In this document: piece after piece, positions 12,893 through 25,402 of the stretch
Layout of the letters: every line of letters begins with the position of its first letter
How positions within the stretch are numbered: position 1 is the first letter of the stretch
NCBI RefSeq assembly: GCF_006345805.1
Contig: NC_043010.1
Span: 8,742,001-8,806,000 of the forward strand
Length of the DNA: 64,000 nt
Reading direction: 5' to 3'
From: Octopus sinensis
Taxonomy: Eukaryota
Program-made: the position numbers and the translations under genes
The notes under the pieces: model-generated
What the model saw: the letters and a program-made list of their open reading frames with translations, nothing else
What the model was told of the DNA's origin: nothing
Database searches by the model: none

Positions 12893-13128
12893 GGCGGCGA
12901 GCTGGCAGAAACGTTAGCACGCCGGGCGAAATGCGGAGCCGTATTTCGTCTGTCGTTACGTTGTGAGTTCAAATTCCGCCGAGGTCGACTTTGCCTTTCA
13001 TCCCTTCGGGGTCGATAAATTAAGTACCAGTTATGCACTGGGTTGATGTAATCGACTTAATACCTATGTCTGTGCTTGTTTGTCCCCTCTGTGTTTAGCC
13101 CCTTGTGGGTAGTAAAGAAATAGGTATT
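12893..13128 (+). mobile_element. SINE family B, full length
   Basis: ggcggcgagctggcagaaacgttagcac head through the gtaaagaaataggta tail. Confidence 0.9.
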
Positions 13129-14036
13129 GAGCAGAATATTTGCTGTAGCCCATCTATTATACCAAGACAAAACACGTACATCCTAAGACTTCCAATCAGT
13201 TAAGATCAGAAGCTATGAGAGCCACTGTCTGGTACTGAATCAGGGCAATTGTTATCATCATCATCATCATCACCACCATTACTATTATCATTATCATTAT
13301 CATTATTATTTTCATTTTCATCATCATCATCGTCAACATCAACATCATTTTATTTTGCAGCCTCCATTTAGATGCTAAACAAGTTTTTTTTTTCACATCT
13401 GTCTAATCTTATTAAGTGTGGCTAACATCACTTTATTAATGCCCAATTTTAGTACATGAAATGTGATTATTATTATTTATAAGGCTTTTGGTTGTGTTCT
13501 GTTCTTCTTTTTTTCATTTTATATTGCATTAGTTAAGAAAGTTGGTATTGCTTTGCAAATTCTTGTTAACTCTTCTGCTTGTCAATGAAATATTGTGGAA
13601 TAATCGAATTTATACAAAAACACTGAAATATCATCAATATTGTTTAGGAAATTCTGTAGCTACAATAATTGATCAAAAAATCTGCCAATATCATTAATAT
13701 CTAGAGATGCCACACCAATATTTCTTTCTTTATTTCTTTTAAAATTTTTGGTTATCTATTTTTATTCAAGCCCTGAATATTTTCATTATTTCATAACTTG
13801 TAAAGAAAAGAAGAGAAACAAAAATAAGCAAAGAGGTCTAACAAAAAATAGTTTATGTCACAATTTCACTACTTTAAAAAACATTGCAACTAGAAGTAAA
13901 TTTCATAATTTTGACTCACTACTTTAAAAACATTGAGACTATACCCAATTTTCATAATTTTGACTATGTTAAACTTTAAAAAAACTCATTGGTTTCAAGT
14001 TTTAAAATGTTCCAAATCATTATCTCCTAGAATCCT

Positions 14037-14212
14037 GTCGTTACGTTGTGAGTTCAAATTCCGCCGAGGTCGACTTTGCCTTTCATCCTTTCGGGGTCGA
14101 TAAATCAAGTACCAGTTATGCACTGGTTGATGTAATCGACTTAATACCTATGTCTGTGCTTGTTTATCCCCTCTGTGTTTAGCCCCTTGTGGGTAATAAA
14201 GAAATAGGTATT
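14037..14212 (+). mobile_element. SINE family B, 5'-truncated, near-identical to the copy at 12952-13128
   Basis: Shares variants (ttatgcactg, tacctatgtctgtgct) and 3' flank with the upstream copy. Confidence 0.85.
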
Positions 14213-14480
14213 GAGCAGAATACCTATTGAGGTATTTAAAACTTTTAGAATCGTATACACCTTTGTTAATGTATGCATGTATGTATGTATGAAATGTATA
14301 TAAGTATGTATGTATTTATCTATCTATCTATATCATCATCGTTATTTAACATCTTTTTTCCATGCTATGGATTGAATGATTTGACAGGAGCTGACCAGCT
14401 GAAGGGCTATTCAGGCTCCCTGTCAATTTTGGCATGGTTTCTATGACTGGATGCCTTTTTTAATGCCATGTGGCATATTT

Positions 14481-14539
<59 letters not shown>

Positions 14540-14645
14540 GAAATATGTTACGAAAAGAAAATATAAAATACATGTGTAAATGTAAGGGTAAAATATAAAA
14601 AATCAACGAAAGCATTTCGCTGATTTTTCATATTTTACCCCAATT

Positions 14646-14679
<34 letters not shown>

Positions 14680-14699
14680 TCACTCAGATATATGTGTAT

Positions 14700-14925
14700 A
14701 TAAAGTTAATCCAAACAAGAAAACACAAAAAAAAAACACAACAACGCGAGGACGTGGAACAAATATAGTATTATTGGACGCTCAGGAAAGAAGGAAAGAA
14801 GGAGGGTTTAACGTTTTGGGCGGAGCCCTTCATTGGGAACATAGGAGAAGGAAAGATCCAGAGAAGGGAAGACAGAGGAAAAAAAAATCGACGACGGTAC
14901 ACACGAGGTCACATTTTATATGTGC
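14700..14925 (-). mobile_element. Penelope-like pseudo-LTR fragment, same family as 21535-21735 in opposite orientation
   Basis: gaggacgtggaacaaatatagtattattggacgctcaggaaag... matches the reverse complement of the 21.6-kb copy; decayed hammerhead motif at 14806-14840. Confidence 0.6.
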
Positions 14926-15495
14926 ATATGTCTATGCATCTCTTTGTATTTGTATTTGGCACATACCTACACGCCACTTAAAAACTGGTGTTAGTTTGTT
15001 CACATGCTTGTAGTTTACGAGTTCAGTAAGAGCGACCACTAGAATATGCACCAGACTTAAAAACGTTAAAAAAAAACATGAGTATTGGGTTCAATTTGTC
15101 CATTAAAAACCCTTTAAGGCAGTGCCCCAGCATGGCTGCAGTCCAATGGCCGAACCAAGTAAAAAATAAAAGATAACATGAACTTATTTTGTCCGAAACT
15201 CTCTTGATCCTACCATCCACCAGTCACCAGAATTCATTCTAGAAACCCTTCCATATGTTAGAATTTCCTGTATGATATTTTACATTAATTTCTTCTATGC
15301 TAGCGGGAATGAAGCTGGATTTACAAATTTGTATATTTGCATATGAATTTTTTTTAGCACATATGATCTTGTAGCTTGATATCAAACCTAAGACTAATCA
15401 CTAAATTATGAAGTGGAAACTGTTTTTTTTGCTAGTCAGACTTCAGTGTGCAGATAAATAACCTTTGGTTCGGTGCATAAATTCATGATCTCTTG

Positions 15496-15496
<1 letters not shown>

Positions 15497-15571
<75 letters not shown>

Positions 15572-15576
15572 CATAC

Positions 15577-15616
<40 letters not shown>

Positions 15617-15892
15617 TATATGATATATATACATGGATATATATATATGACATAATATAATATATATATATGTGTATGCGTGTAAGTACATGTGTATTCA
15701 TGTATATGTATATGCATTATATACATGTATTTATATATATATATGATATGGTGTGTGTGTATGTATATGTATACATACATTTATATACATATACATACAG
15801 ACACGCTCACACACAAACACACACACATATATATATGCATGTGATATATATATATATATATATAATATATGTATCTCTCTCTCTCTCTCTGT

Positions 15893-15926
<34 letters not shown>

Positions 15927-15980
15927 ATATATATATATGTATATCATTTGTGTAATATATATATATATATAATATATGAT
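15497..15980. repeat. (TA)n-rich compound microsatellite
   Basis: Directly visible. Confidence 0.95.
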
Positions 15981-16160
15981 AAAAGTTTACCTTTTATACT
16001 GTTTTTATACATTTTTCATTTAAAAAGAAAACATTTAGATAGAGGAAATAAGACTTGAGTAAAAATTTGTCAAAGTTATTCAAATGAAGATAGTGTGTGT
16101 GCAAATGAGAATATTTGTGTATGTGTGTTTGTGTGTGCATGCGATCTGTGTGTCTGTACA

Positions 16161-16193
<33 letters not shown>

Positions 16194-17010
16194 AATTATA
16201 CATATGGGTGAGTGAACAGGTACTTTGGCTCCAGGGTCTAAAAGTGTTTATCGGTATACGCATGAAAGTTTTATATGCGTGTGCTTGGTAGTATTTATTT
16301 GCAATTGAATTCACACGAAAAATATATGTTAGTGTATGTGTGTGTGAGTGTGTAGATGCATATGTGTGTGTGTATGAGTGTGTTTGTACATACTCATGCT
16401 AATCACTAATGAAATATTTACAATATTCCATAATTAATAACATTTCATTATCTATGCCAAGTTACCAAATGATAATAAAGAATAAATTAAAAAAATTGAA
16501 TTTTTGCATATATTTTTGTATTGCTTTTTATAAATTTTCCATTTTTATCAAAAAATATTCTTTGGGTATTCTTTGAAGTTTTGTTGTCTCTATAGATTTG
16601 CTTTAAAAAAATGCTGATATTCATTATTTTTGTAAATCTTTATACGCATTCGTTGACACAAAAATAGTTGTATGGTTTAGAGGTTTGCTTCACAACTATG
16701 TGGTGTATGGGTTTGAACATACTGCAAGGCACTTTGGGAAAATATTTTCTACCATACCTTAAATTTGAATTCTTGGACAATATTTTGTAAGTAGAATTTC
16801 ATGTAAGAAAACTGAGGATAATGTGCTGAGTTTGATAAGATTGATCTTAAAATAAATTTTAATATGCACACACACACATATGTGCTTGTGTGTACAGAGT
16901 GTGCATATATTTGTGTGCATGTGTGTGTATGTCTGGGTGAGTGTGTGTGTAAATGGGCATTTAACTTTCATTCATGTACAGAGATGAAGGGTATAAACAT
17001 TGGTGAGTAA

Positions 17011-17326
17011 CGATAAAAAAACGTCTCCCTTTTCAAACCTAGCCTGGCTCATGGGCCCAGTTTCCCGGTTTCTGTGGCATATGTGTTCCCCCCCAGCTGG
17101 ACGGGATGCCAGTCCATCTCAGCATTACTCAAGAAACAGGAAGAGAGAGTGAGAGAAAGTTGTGGCGAAAGAGTACAACAGGGGTCGCCACCACCCCCTG
17201 CCGGAGCCTCGTGGAGCTTTTAGGTGTTTTTGCTCAATAAGCACACACAACACCTGGCCTGGGAATCGAAACCGCGATACTCTGACCGCGATTCCGCTGC
17301 CCTAACCACCGGGCCATTGCGCCTCC
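17011..17326 (-). mobile_element. tRNA-headed SINE, family A, 3' tail type ii
   Basis: Same head and core as 1192; 14-bp target-site duplication acattggtgagtaa at 16997-17010 and 17327-17340. Confidence 0.9.
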
Positions 17327-19511
17327 ACATTGGTGAGTAAAGCAGATAACAATTGCTATATGAATAAAGTGAATTAAGATGTTTGTTCCACATTGAGGTA
17401 CAGCCACTTCCTTGTTATTCCTACATTCAGAAATACACTAAACCAACGTTTAGCCTGTTGTTGACTTGTAACTTACATTGCTTTTGTTTGTAAGTCACTA
17501 AGATATCTTTTTAACAAGCTCACTAGCTAATAGCAACATCAACACCTGTTCTGGCTCTGTTCTTCTATATGTTACTAGCAGGGAGATGAAGTGCTGCTAT
17601 CTCTAGCAGTCGAGCATCTATAATTGACAAGACCAAGGAAGATCAAAATCACATGATCTGGTAGTCTTGGTGCTGGAGGTGGTAAGAATTTATGTTCTCT
17701 CAAGCGATATAAACAAGAGTGCATTTCACAGTATAAGCCTATATGAAAGTTTCTCTCACAGTAACTACCACAGTATAGATTGTTCTAACAGAACATCCAC
17801 TTTTGAGTGGGGATAAATATTATCTTTCAGTATTAATACTGCCTCTGTCACTACTATATATCTTTTAGTAAGTTGTAATATACACCGAAAAGAGATTTGG
17901 TTAAGTATAATGGTGTATTTGGAGTGTATGTCAATTTGTAAATTATTTTAACTTGGGTGCCAATATTTTCTCCTCTCCATTCCAATAAACCATTGTTGAT
18001 TTACTATCCGTGGAAGCCTCAGCATGCTGTTGCTGACTTGGCTATCACTGACTATAGGTAAGGCTATGAGTATCATATAACAGTATTATAGGCCTAAAAG
18101 CAAAGCACTGCACTAGGGCCTATAGTATTTAGTTATTGTAAACAAGACATAGCATATATAGATTAACATTGGACCCCTTAAACATATGAGGTCTCCTACG
18201 CCTATAAGGTCTGTGAGCCATGGACTAGTGTGCTTATACCTTAAAACAGCATAGGCCGTAGTTACTTGCCCATAATGATCAACTGTGAGTTGGATAGGTT
18301 GCTCTAGTGTTTGTGAGGTTAGCCCTGATTATTGACACCTAGGTTGAATTTAAACTCCGAATGCCAGAAGAGATAGTTATATGTACTATGAAGCATCTCA
18401 TACTATTTTTATAACAATTCTGCCGATCAACATCCACTGCCCTACAACTGGTGTTTTATAGATATAAAATTGTTGAATGGTAAAGCTGACCTTGAGGAAA
18501 TTTTGAGTGTAGAGAACTGGAAGAATATCACAAAATATTATGTCCAACACTCTTATGATTCTACCAATTTTTGGTTTTTACATTCATAGCTAGGCAAAAA
18601 GGGAAAAAAATGTCTTTTTTGCGAAACTGGAACTCAAGGATTGCTGCAGAATGCCAAACATGAAGGGAAAAAAATCAACAGAAAAGTACAAAAAGCAAAA
18701 AAAAACAAAAATAAAACATGAACAATTTTGAGATTGAATAGAAATGATTTTATTTTCATATATTAATATAAATTTGTTGTGAGCTGTATACATATCTTAA
18801 AATACACACATACACACAAACACACACACATATACACATATACACATACATACACTCCATGCACACACATACACACCATGTACATGCACATGTGCTCAAG
18901 CATGTGTGCATGCACACACACACACACTACATCTATACACATACACATATATAATTCAGTGTTTCATGTTCAGTGCAAATTTATTGGCTGTAATAGGCAT
19001 GAATGTGTGTGCATATATATATATGTATATACTTGTGTGCATGCATATATATGCGAGTGTGTATATAAGTCTCTATGACTATATATCTATATTCAAATAT
19101 ATACATATATCTATATATCTGTATCTATATATACATTATGTACAGAAACACATACAATCATACTTATATGTATACAAACTTACAGGTGTGTGTGTGTGAA
19201 TGTATTTATATTCTACCTGTACTATCACATATTCCAGAGATATGAAATTATACCTCTAGGTGTACAAAGGCGTACAATAATTATTTATATTTACAGATAT
19301 GCACACATAGACATGCATATACACATGCATGTGCATGCACACAGAACATGTGAATGTATATACATATATGTGTATGTGTGTATGTGTCAACATGAAACTC
19401 AGAGTAGTGATGGAGGGAAAAGCCAGCCCCTTACACATAAGTAGTTACAAGATACCTTGAGTACATTTTCACTAACTTGTGTAATAAAAGAAAAAATTAC
19501 ATCCTAATACC

Positions 19512-19553
<42 letters not shown>

Positions 19554-19685
19554 CATACATACATAAACAAATTTATATATGATGATGATGATATATAGTT
19601 TTAAATCTCTGGGCAAGATACACACGCATGCACACACACATACATATATATATGCATGAATATATTTATATACACATATATGTAC

Positions 19686-19723
<38 letters not shown>

Positions 19724-19796
19724 TTGTGCCCCAGAATGGGCACAGTCTAATGACTAAAACAGGTGAAAGACAAAAGATAAAAGATATTATATATAC

Positions 19797-19838
<42 letters not shown>

Positions 19839-19850
19839 ATATATAGATAT

Positions 19851-20077
19851 TCTTTACTACCCACAAGGGGCTAAACACAGAGGGAACAAACAAGGACAGA
19901 CAAACGGATTAAGTCGATTAGATCGACCCCAGTATGTAACTGGTACTTAATTTATCGACCCCGAAAGGATGAAAGGCTAAGTCGACTTCAGCGGAATTTG
20001 AACCCAGAACATAACTGCAGACGAAATACGGCTACGCATCTTGCCCGGCGTGCTAACGTTTCTGCCAGCTCGCCGCC
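19851..20077 (-). mobile_element. SINE family B abutting the left TIR of the Tc1/mariner element
   Basis: Reverse complement of the family B body; ends immediately before the TIR remnant at 20078. Confidence 0.9.
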
Positions 20078-21369
20078 GTGGAAAGTAATTAGGCATTAGA
20101 AATTGGTTATAGAATTTTTAGTATCACTACAGTCATGACAAAAATATTTTTTTAAGCAGACAACACTAATGAGAACTTCTTATGTTCTTATTGTCTTATT
20201 GTCTTATTTTCCAGATGGTCAGTTGCTTGACTGTTCAGGAGTGAGCTAAGATAGCATCACACTATGAATTGTGGGATTCCATTGTTTTGGTTCAGAGATG
20301 GTGGCATGCATGGAAAGGTAAGCATGCAACACAATGCCTAGAGACAATAAGAAATTGTCATGCAAAGCTGACGACCACAGACTCGGTAAGCGACGCAAGA
20401 AGAAGTGGCCATCCAACCACATCCCGTTCAGTGGAGAATGTGGCAACAGTGCAGGAAATATTTAATCACAGCTCACAAAAATCAGCAAGTCAAGCATCTT
20501 GTGAAAGTGGACTAACAAGACACACAATAAGTATAGTGCTGCATAAAGGATTGAGTTTTTGTCCGTGGAAATGCCATTACAGGCAGGAGCTAAAACTTGA
20601 AGTCTGTGACCGCAAAATGGAATATGGAGAGTTAATGCTAGGTTGGCATGAAGATTAGCCTGAATTATTTTAAAAGATCCTCTGGAGTGGCAAGGCTGTA
20701 TTCCATGCTGCTGGTTTCATCTGCTGTTATTGAGCATTGTGTGATAAGGATCCAAAGATGACGGTTGAGAGGATGCAATCTCAACCAAAAGTGACCGTGT
20801 GGAGCAGAATGACGGCAACAAGAGTTATCAGCCAATATCTTCTGTGTGACACCATAAATACACACTGCTATCTTCAGATGCTCGAAAAATTACTTGTGAC
20901 CCACAGTGTCTGGCTGGGATAACATTGGTGACTTGATTTTCATGCAGGATGGTGCACCACCCCATTTAGCTCTTACTGTGCAGGTGCAGTTAGACCAAAC
21001 TTTCCCAGGATAATGCAGATCTCATGAATGGCCTCCAAGAAGTCCAGATATCAGTCCATGTGATATTTACCTGTGGGGTTACACAAAACAGGTGTAGAAG
21101 ACAAAACCTTGCACACTGGAGGACTTGGAGACACAGATTCAGGAGGTTCTCAATGATATCCCAGACGACATCCTTCAGAAAGCTGTTCATTCCATCCTTG
21201 GTCATTTGAGGAAACTGGTTGACACCACTGGTACGTACATTGAAATATGAAGATTTACTTTCATTTCTCATGTAATAAAGAACATGGATCATTTGTTTCA
21301 ATAAATTTGTAAAAGGAATATGGATTTTATTGTCGATTTTTAATGCCCTTTTACTTTTCACCCATCCTG
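20078..21369 (+). mobile_element. Decayed Tc1/mariner DNA transposon with transposase pseudogene
   Basis: Broken frames give ...RRSGHPTTSRS...ENV, ...QDGAPPH...FPG*...EWPPRSPDISPCDIYLWG...; right TIR 21334-21369 followed by TA; left TIR remnant 20078-20105 matches at 22 of 28 positions; internal stops and frameshifts. Confidence 0.9.
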
Positions 21370-21374
21370 TATAA

Positions 21375-21422
<48 letters not shown>

Positions 21423-21466
21423 ACATATATATAAATGTACATATACAATACATATATCTATCTATC

Positions 21467-21513
<47 letters not shown>

Positions 21514-21534
21514 TATATATATATATATATATAA

Positions 21535-21735
21535 AATGTGACCGCATGTGTACCGTTGGCGATTTTTTTTCTTCTGTCTTCCCTTCTCTGGATCTTTCCT
21601 TCTCCTATGTTTCTGACGAAGAGCTCCACTCGAAATGTTAAACCCTCCTTCTTTCCTTCTTTCCTGAGCGTCCAATAATACTATATTTGTTCCACGTCCT
21701 CGTGTTGTGTTTTTTTGTGCTTTCTTGTTTGGATT
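21535..21735 (+). mobile_element. Penelope-like pseudo-LTR fragment
   Basis: Carries a hammerhead motif at 21609-21643; paralogue at 14700-14925. Confidence 0.6.
21609..21643 (+). ncRNA. Minimal type I hammerhead ribozyme motif
   Basis: GUUU-CUGACGA-A-GAG(CUCCA)CUC-GAAA-UGUU-AAAC: stem I GUUU/AAAC, stem II GAG/CUC, loop-less stem III. Confidence 0.6.
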
Positions 21736-22498
21736 AACTTTATATATATATACATATACACACACATATGTATTCATGTACACATATCTATATGCATGTA
21801 TTTATGTATGTATGTGTGTATATATGTACATATGTCACATATACCTCAGGGAGAGAGGGAGAGAATGAAAGACAAAGAGATGTGCATATCATGGGATAGA
21901 TGATGTGTTGAATTCTCTGATATATGAAGAAATATTAAACATTATACTAATGTAAGTAGGATGGAAAAGACCAAAACTAATTATCAAGTATTTTCTGAAT
22001 GACCAGCACTTTAACTGAAATTTTAAAGTCCATAAGGACCTGGTCCATTTGACACACAGTTAAATCAACTTCTTAATGGCTAACGGTATGGAAAATTATT
22101 TCACTTTGACTCAATGATTTCAACATGAATATATTTCAATGAATATAAACATAAATTAGTAGAAAAAATTTTTTTTAAATATGTTTGATGGTTATTCTAA
22201 TATGAGGTTGAAAGATGTGCAGAGTTTTAAAAGTTTGGTAAAATAGTATAGAAAGTGAATTTTAGGAAGAACAGGAGGTAGAGTCAGAGTAATAAAAATT
22301 GTACTTCAGTCACCAAGCCAGGATATTTATGTACTCTCTGTTCTGTCAGTGAATTGGTGAAATATGTTTAACTCAATTTACAAATTAGTTGACTATAATG
22401 TCTTAGGTAATATAGTCTTTTTACATTTCTTAGAAATCAAGACCATATATATATATATAAATAAACTGTTACGTTACACATACACATCTATCCATCTA

Positions 22499-22544
<46 letters not shown>

Positions 22545-22559
22545 AATGAATGTTTTTAT

Positions 22560-22830
22560 ATATAATGAACGTGAAATACAGGAAGGGACGAACACGGAAC
22601 ACAGACAAATCATTCGAAGCCTTCAATCTTCAGTCAGACACCGAATCATCATAGCAAATTTCGGCTGTTCAATTCTGATATTTGCTCCAACTCGGCCAGC
22701 CCCAAGAAAAAAAACTAAGCTGTAAGCATTAGATTTCTTGGTAGAAGACAGGAATGTGAACGCACAAGACGGATGTGAATACATGAGACGAAAACGAAAT
22801 TGAAAACAGTAATGAATAAACAAAATATAT
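22560..22830 (-). mobile_element. Possible Penelope-like fragment
   Basis: Minus strand ctgactgaagattgaaggcttcgaa resembles PLE end motifs; heavily decayed. Confidence 0.3.
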
Positions 22831-22914
22831 ATAACGGTGTGTGCATGTGTGTATGTATGTGTGTGTATATATACCTACCTACATACATATATATATGTTT
22901 ATATATATATATAG

Positions 22915-23310
22915 CCAGCCTCACCTGGCCCCCGTGCCGGTGACACGTAAAAGCACCATCCGTTTCGTGGCCGTTTGCCAGCTCTGTCTGGCCCCCGTGT
23001 TGGTGGCACGTAAAAGCACCATCCGTTCGTGTCCGTTGCCAGCCTCGCCTGGCCCCGTGCCGGTGACACGTAAAAGCGCCATCCGTTCGTGGGCGTTTGC
23101 CAGCTCTGTCTGGCACCTGTGCAGGTGGCACGTAAAAAGCACGTAAAAAGCACGGAGTGGTTGGCGTTAGGAAGGGCATCCAGCCGTAGAAACACTGCCA
23201 GATCTGACTGGGCCTGATGAAGCCTTCCAGCTTCACAGACCCCAGTTGAACCGTCCAACCCATGCTAGCATGGAGAACGGACGCTAAATGATGATGATGA
23301 TGATGATGAT
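22915..23310 (+). mobile_element. Family D element with about four tandem ~60-bp units and (TGA)n tail
   Basis: Repeated cacgtaaaagcaccatccgtt units, then gttggcgttaggaagggcatccagc body and atgatgatg tail. Confidence 0.85.
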
Positions 23311-23443
23311 ATGTATATACATATATATATACACACACACACACAAATATATATACATATAATATATACATATATAATATATATTATACATATTATATAA
23401 TATATATATATGTATATATATATATATATGATATGTATATATG

Positions 23444-23487
<44 letters not shown>

Positions 23488-23652
23488 GAAATATTAAAAT
23501 TACTAAGTCTCTCTAAAAGAGAAATAACGGCAGATTCCCGAAATAATAGTTATCGCCTTCTAATATGCAGCTTATTATAAAAATAAGAATAAAAGAGTCC
23601 GCTTATTAAACCTTGAACAGAGATTGTTTCAGAAGCGACACCTACTGGTCTG

Positions 23653-23697
23653 GCTACGCTGCATTGAAAGGGGCAATCCCCGAAACGCGTCTGTAGC
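23653..23697 (+). ncRNA. Hammerhead-like motif with atypical CUGCAUUGA core, copy 1
   Basis: GCUACG-CUGCAUUGA-AA-GGGG(CAAU)CCCC-GAA-ACGCGU-C-UGUAGC; 6-bp stem I, 4-bp stem II, self-complementary ACGCGU stem III, GUC triplet. Confidence 0.5.
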
Positions 23698-24009
23698 TGC
23701 CGGCCAAGTAGTGTGGAGCGACTGGACCTCCCTTGTTCAAAGGTTATATGGATACAGTTGGTGTATCAAATCAGCTAACTTAAGGCGATGGCTCATGGAG
23801 CTAATAAGCAGACAGCTTTATTCTTATTTTTATAAGAATGCCATATTAGTTGGCGATAACAATATTTTCCGGGAACGCTGCCGTTGTTCTCTTTTAGAAA
23901 GACTTAGTAATTTTAATATTTCTATATTGAAAACAAGTGGATGTATTCCACCGAAGCTAGGTAATAAAACCTTTGAACAGAGATTGTCAGAAGCGCACCT
24001 ACTGGTCTG

Positions 24010-24056
24010 GCTACGCTGCATTGAAAAAGGGCAATACCCCGAAACACGTCTGTAGC
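24010..24056 (+). ncRNA. Hammerhead-like motif with atypical CUGCAUUGA core, copy 2
   Basis: GCUACG-CUGCAUUGA-AAAA-GGG(CAAUA)CCCC-GAAACACGUC-UGUAGC. Confidence 0.45.
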
Positions 24057-24288
24057 TGCCGGCCAAGTAGTGGGAGCGACTGATCCCTTGTTCAAAGGTT
24101 ATATGGATACAGTTGTGTATCAAATAGCTAACTTAAGGCGATGGCCTCATGGAGCTAATAAGCGGACAGCTTTATTCTTATTTTTATAAGAATGCCATAT
24201 TAGTATGGTGTAACTTATATATATATATATACATATATATACATATATATACATATAATATATATATATATATACTATATATATATAC

Positions 24289-24337
<49 letters not shown>

Positions 24338-24982
24338 CTTTATCTTTAACTTGTTTCTGTCATTAGACTGTAGCCATTCTGGGGCACTGCTTTGAAGAAT
24401 TTTAGTCAAATGAATGTACATGTGTGTGTGTATGTTTAGGGAGAGAGAGTGAGATAGTAAGAGAGTAAAAGAGCGAGAGAGTGAGAGAGTGAAAGAGTAA
24501 GAGAGCGAGAGAGTGAGAGAGTGAGAGAGTAAGAGAGCAAGAGAGTGAGAGAGAGATTGTGAGTGAAAGAGAAATGTGGTCTAACTAAAAGTATTGTGTA
24601 AAAACTCCAGCACACAGATGTTCATAAGAAACAAAAAGGCAGTGTGCATGTATGTTTTATGTGATAGAAAGGAGTGTATATAATTTGTTCATACATGTAC
24701 ATGTGCGAATGAAATATCTTTGTATATGCGTTTTAGATGTTTTAAGAGAGCAGAACATTTTTCAGTCAGGTAACAACCTATCAATATCAAAAAAAATACA
24801 TAAATGTTTTTTCACATACCATTTGATAAATAAATAGTTATAGACACATGTTCTGTGCTCTCCCTCACTCCCTCTCTCCCTCACTCCCTCCTCTCCTTCT
24901 GTCTGTCTCTGTAACTATCTATCTGTCTCACATACTAGACTCACACATATACTTAAAGAAGAAAATTCACTGATTCATGTTG

Positions 24983-25025
<43 letters not shown>

Positions 25026-25329
25026 ATACATTTACATATATACGCATGAATATGTATGTGTATTTAAACAATAAAAATATAATGTTGAGGCATTTTAAAT
25101 CCACATTTTCTTTTCTTTTCTTTATTTATTAAATTTAATACTCATATTATACACTTTTTTTTGTCTTTTTCAGCTCAGAATCTACACCGAACATTTTTAT
25201 CTCATTCTCTTCTCTTTGACAATTTTTCTCTTCAGTTTTTTTAATCGTATTTATATTTTTACATCTATGTTACTGCATTTTATACCAGTTCCGTTGGTTT
25301 CTGAAGTTTTTCTCTTCTTCCTTGCACAC

Positions 25330-25361
25330 ACACACACACGTGTTTATGTTTGCATTTCTAT

Positions 25362-25402
<41 letters not shown>

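Larger units (their letters stand above)
23486..24204 (+). mobile_element. Foldback plus tandem-duplicated element, probably a Penelope-like inverted/tandem pseudo-LTR
   Basis: About 123-bp inverted arms at 23486-23608 and 23802-23924; the ~240-bp unit at 23609-23850 is repeated at 23965-24204; each unit carries a hammerhead-like fold. Confidence 0.6.

Noticed and set aside
22596-22650. Third hammerhead variant (CUGACUGA...CGAA...GUC on the minus strand)
   Set aside because: Stem I does not pair and GAAA is broken; not supportable as a ribozyme from this copy.
23965-24204. Second unit as a pure assembly duplication
   Set aside because: Not excluded, since many differences are small indels, but tandem pseudo-LTRs are expected for PLEs and substitutions also differ. 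Kept as biological pending a read check.
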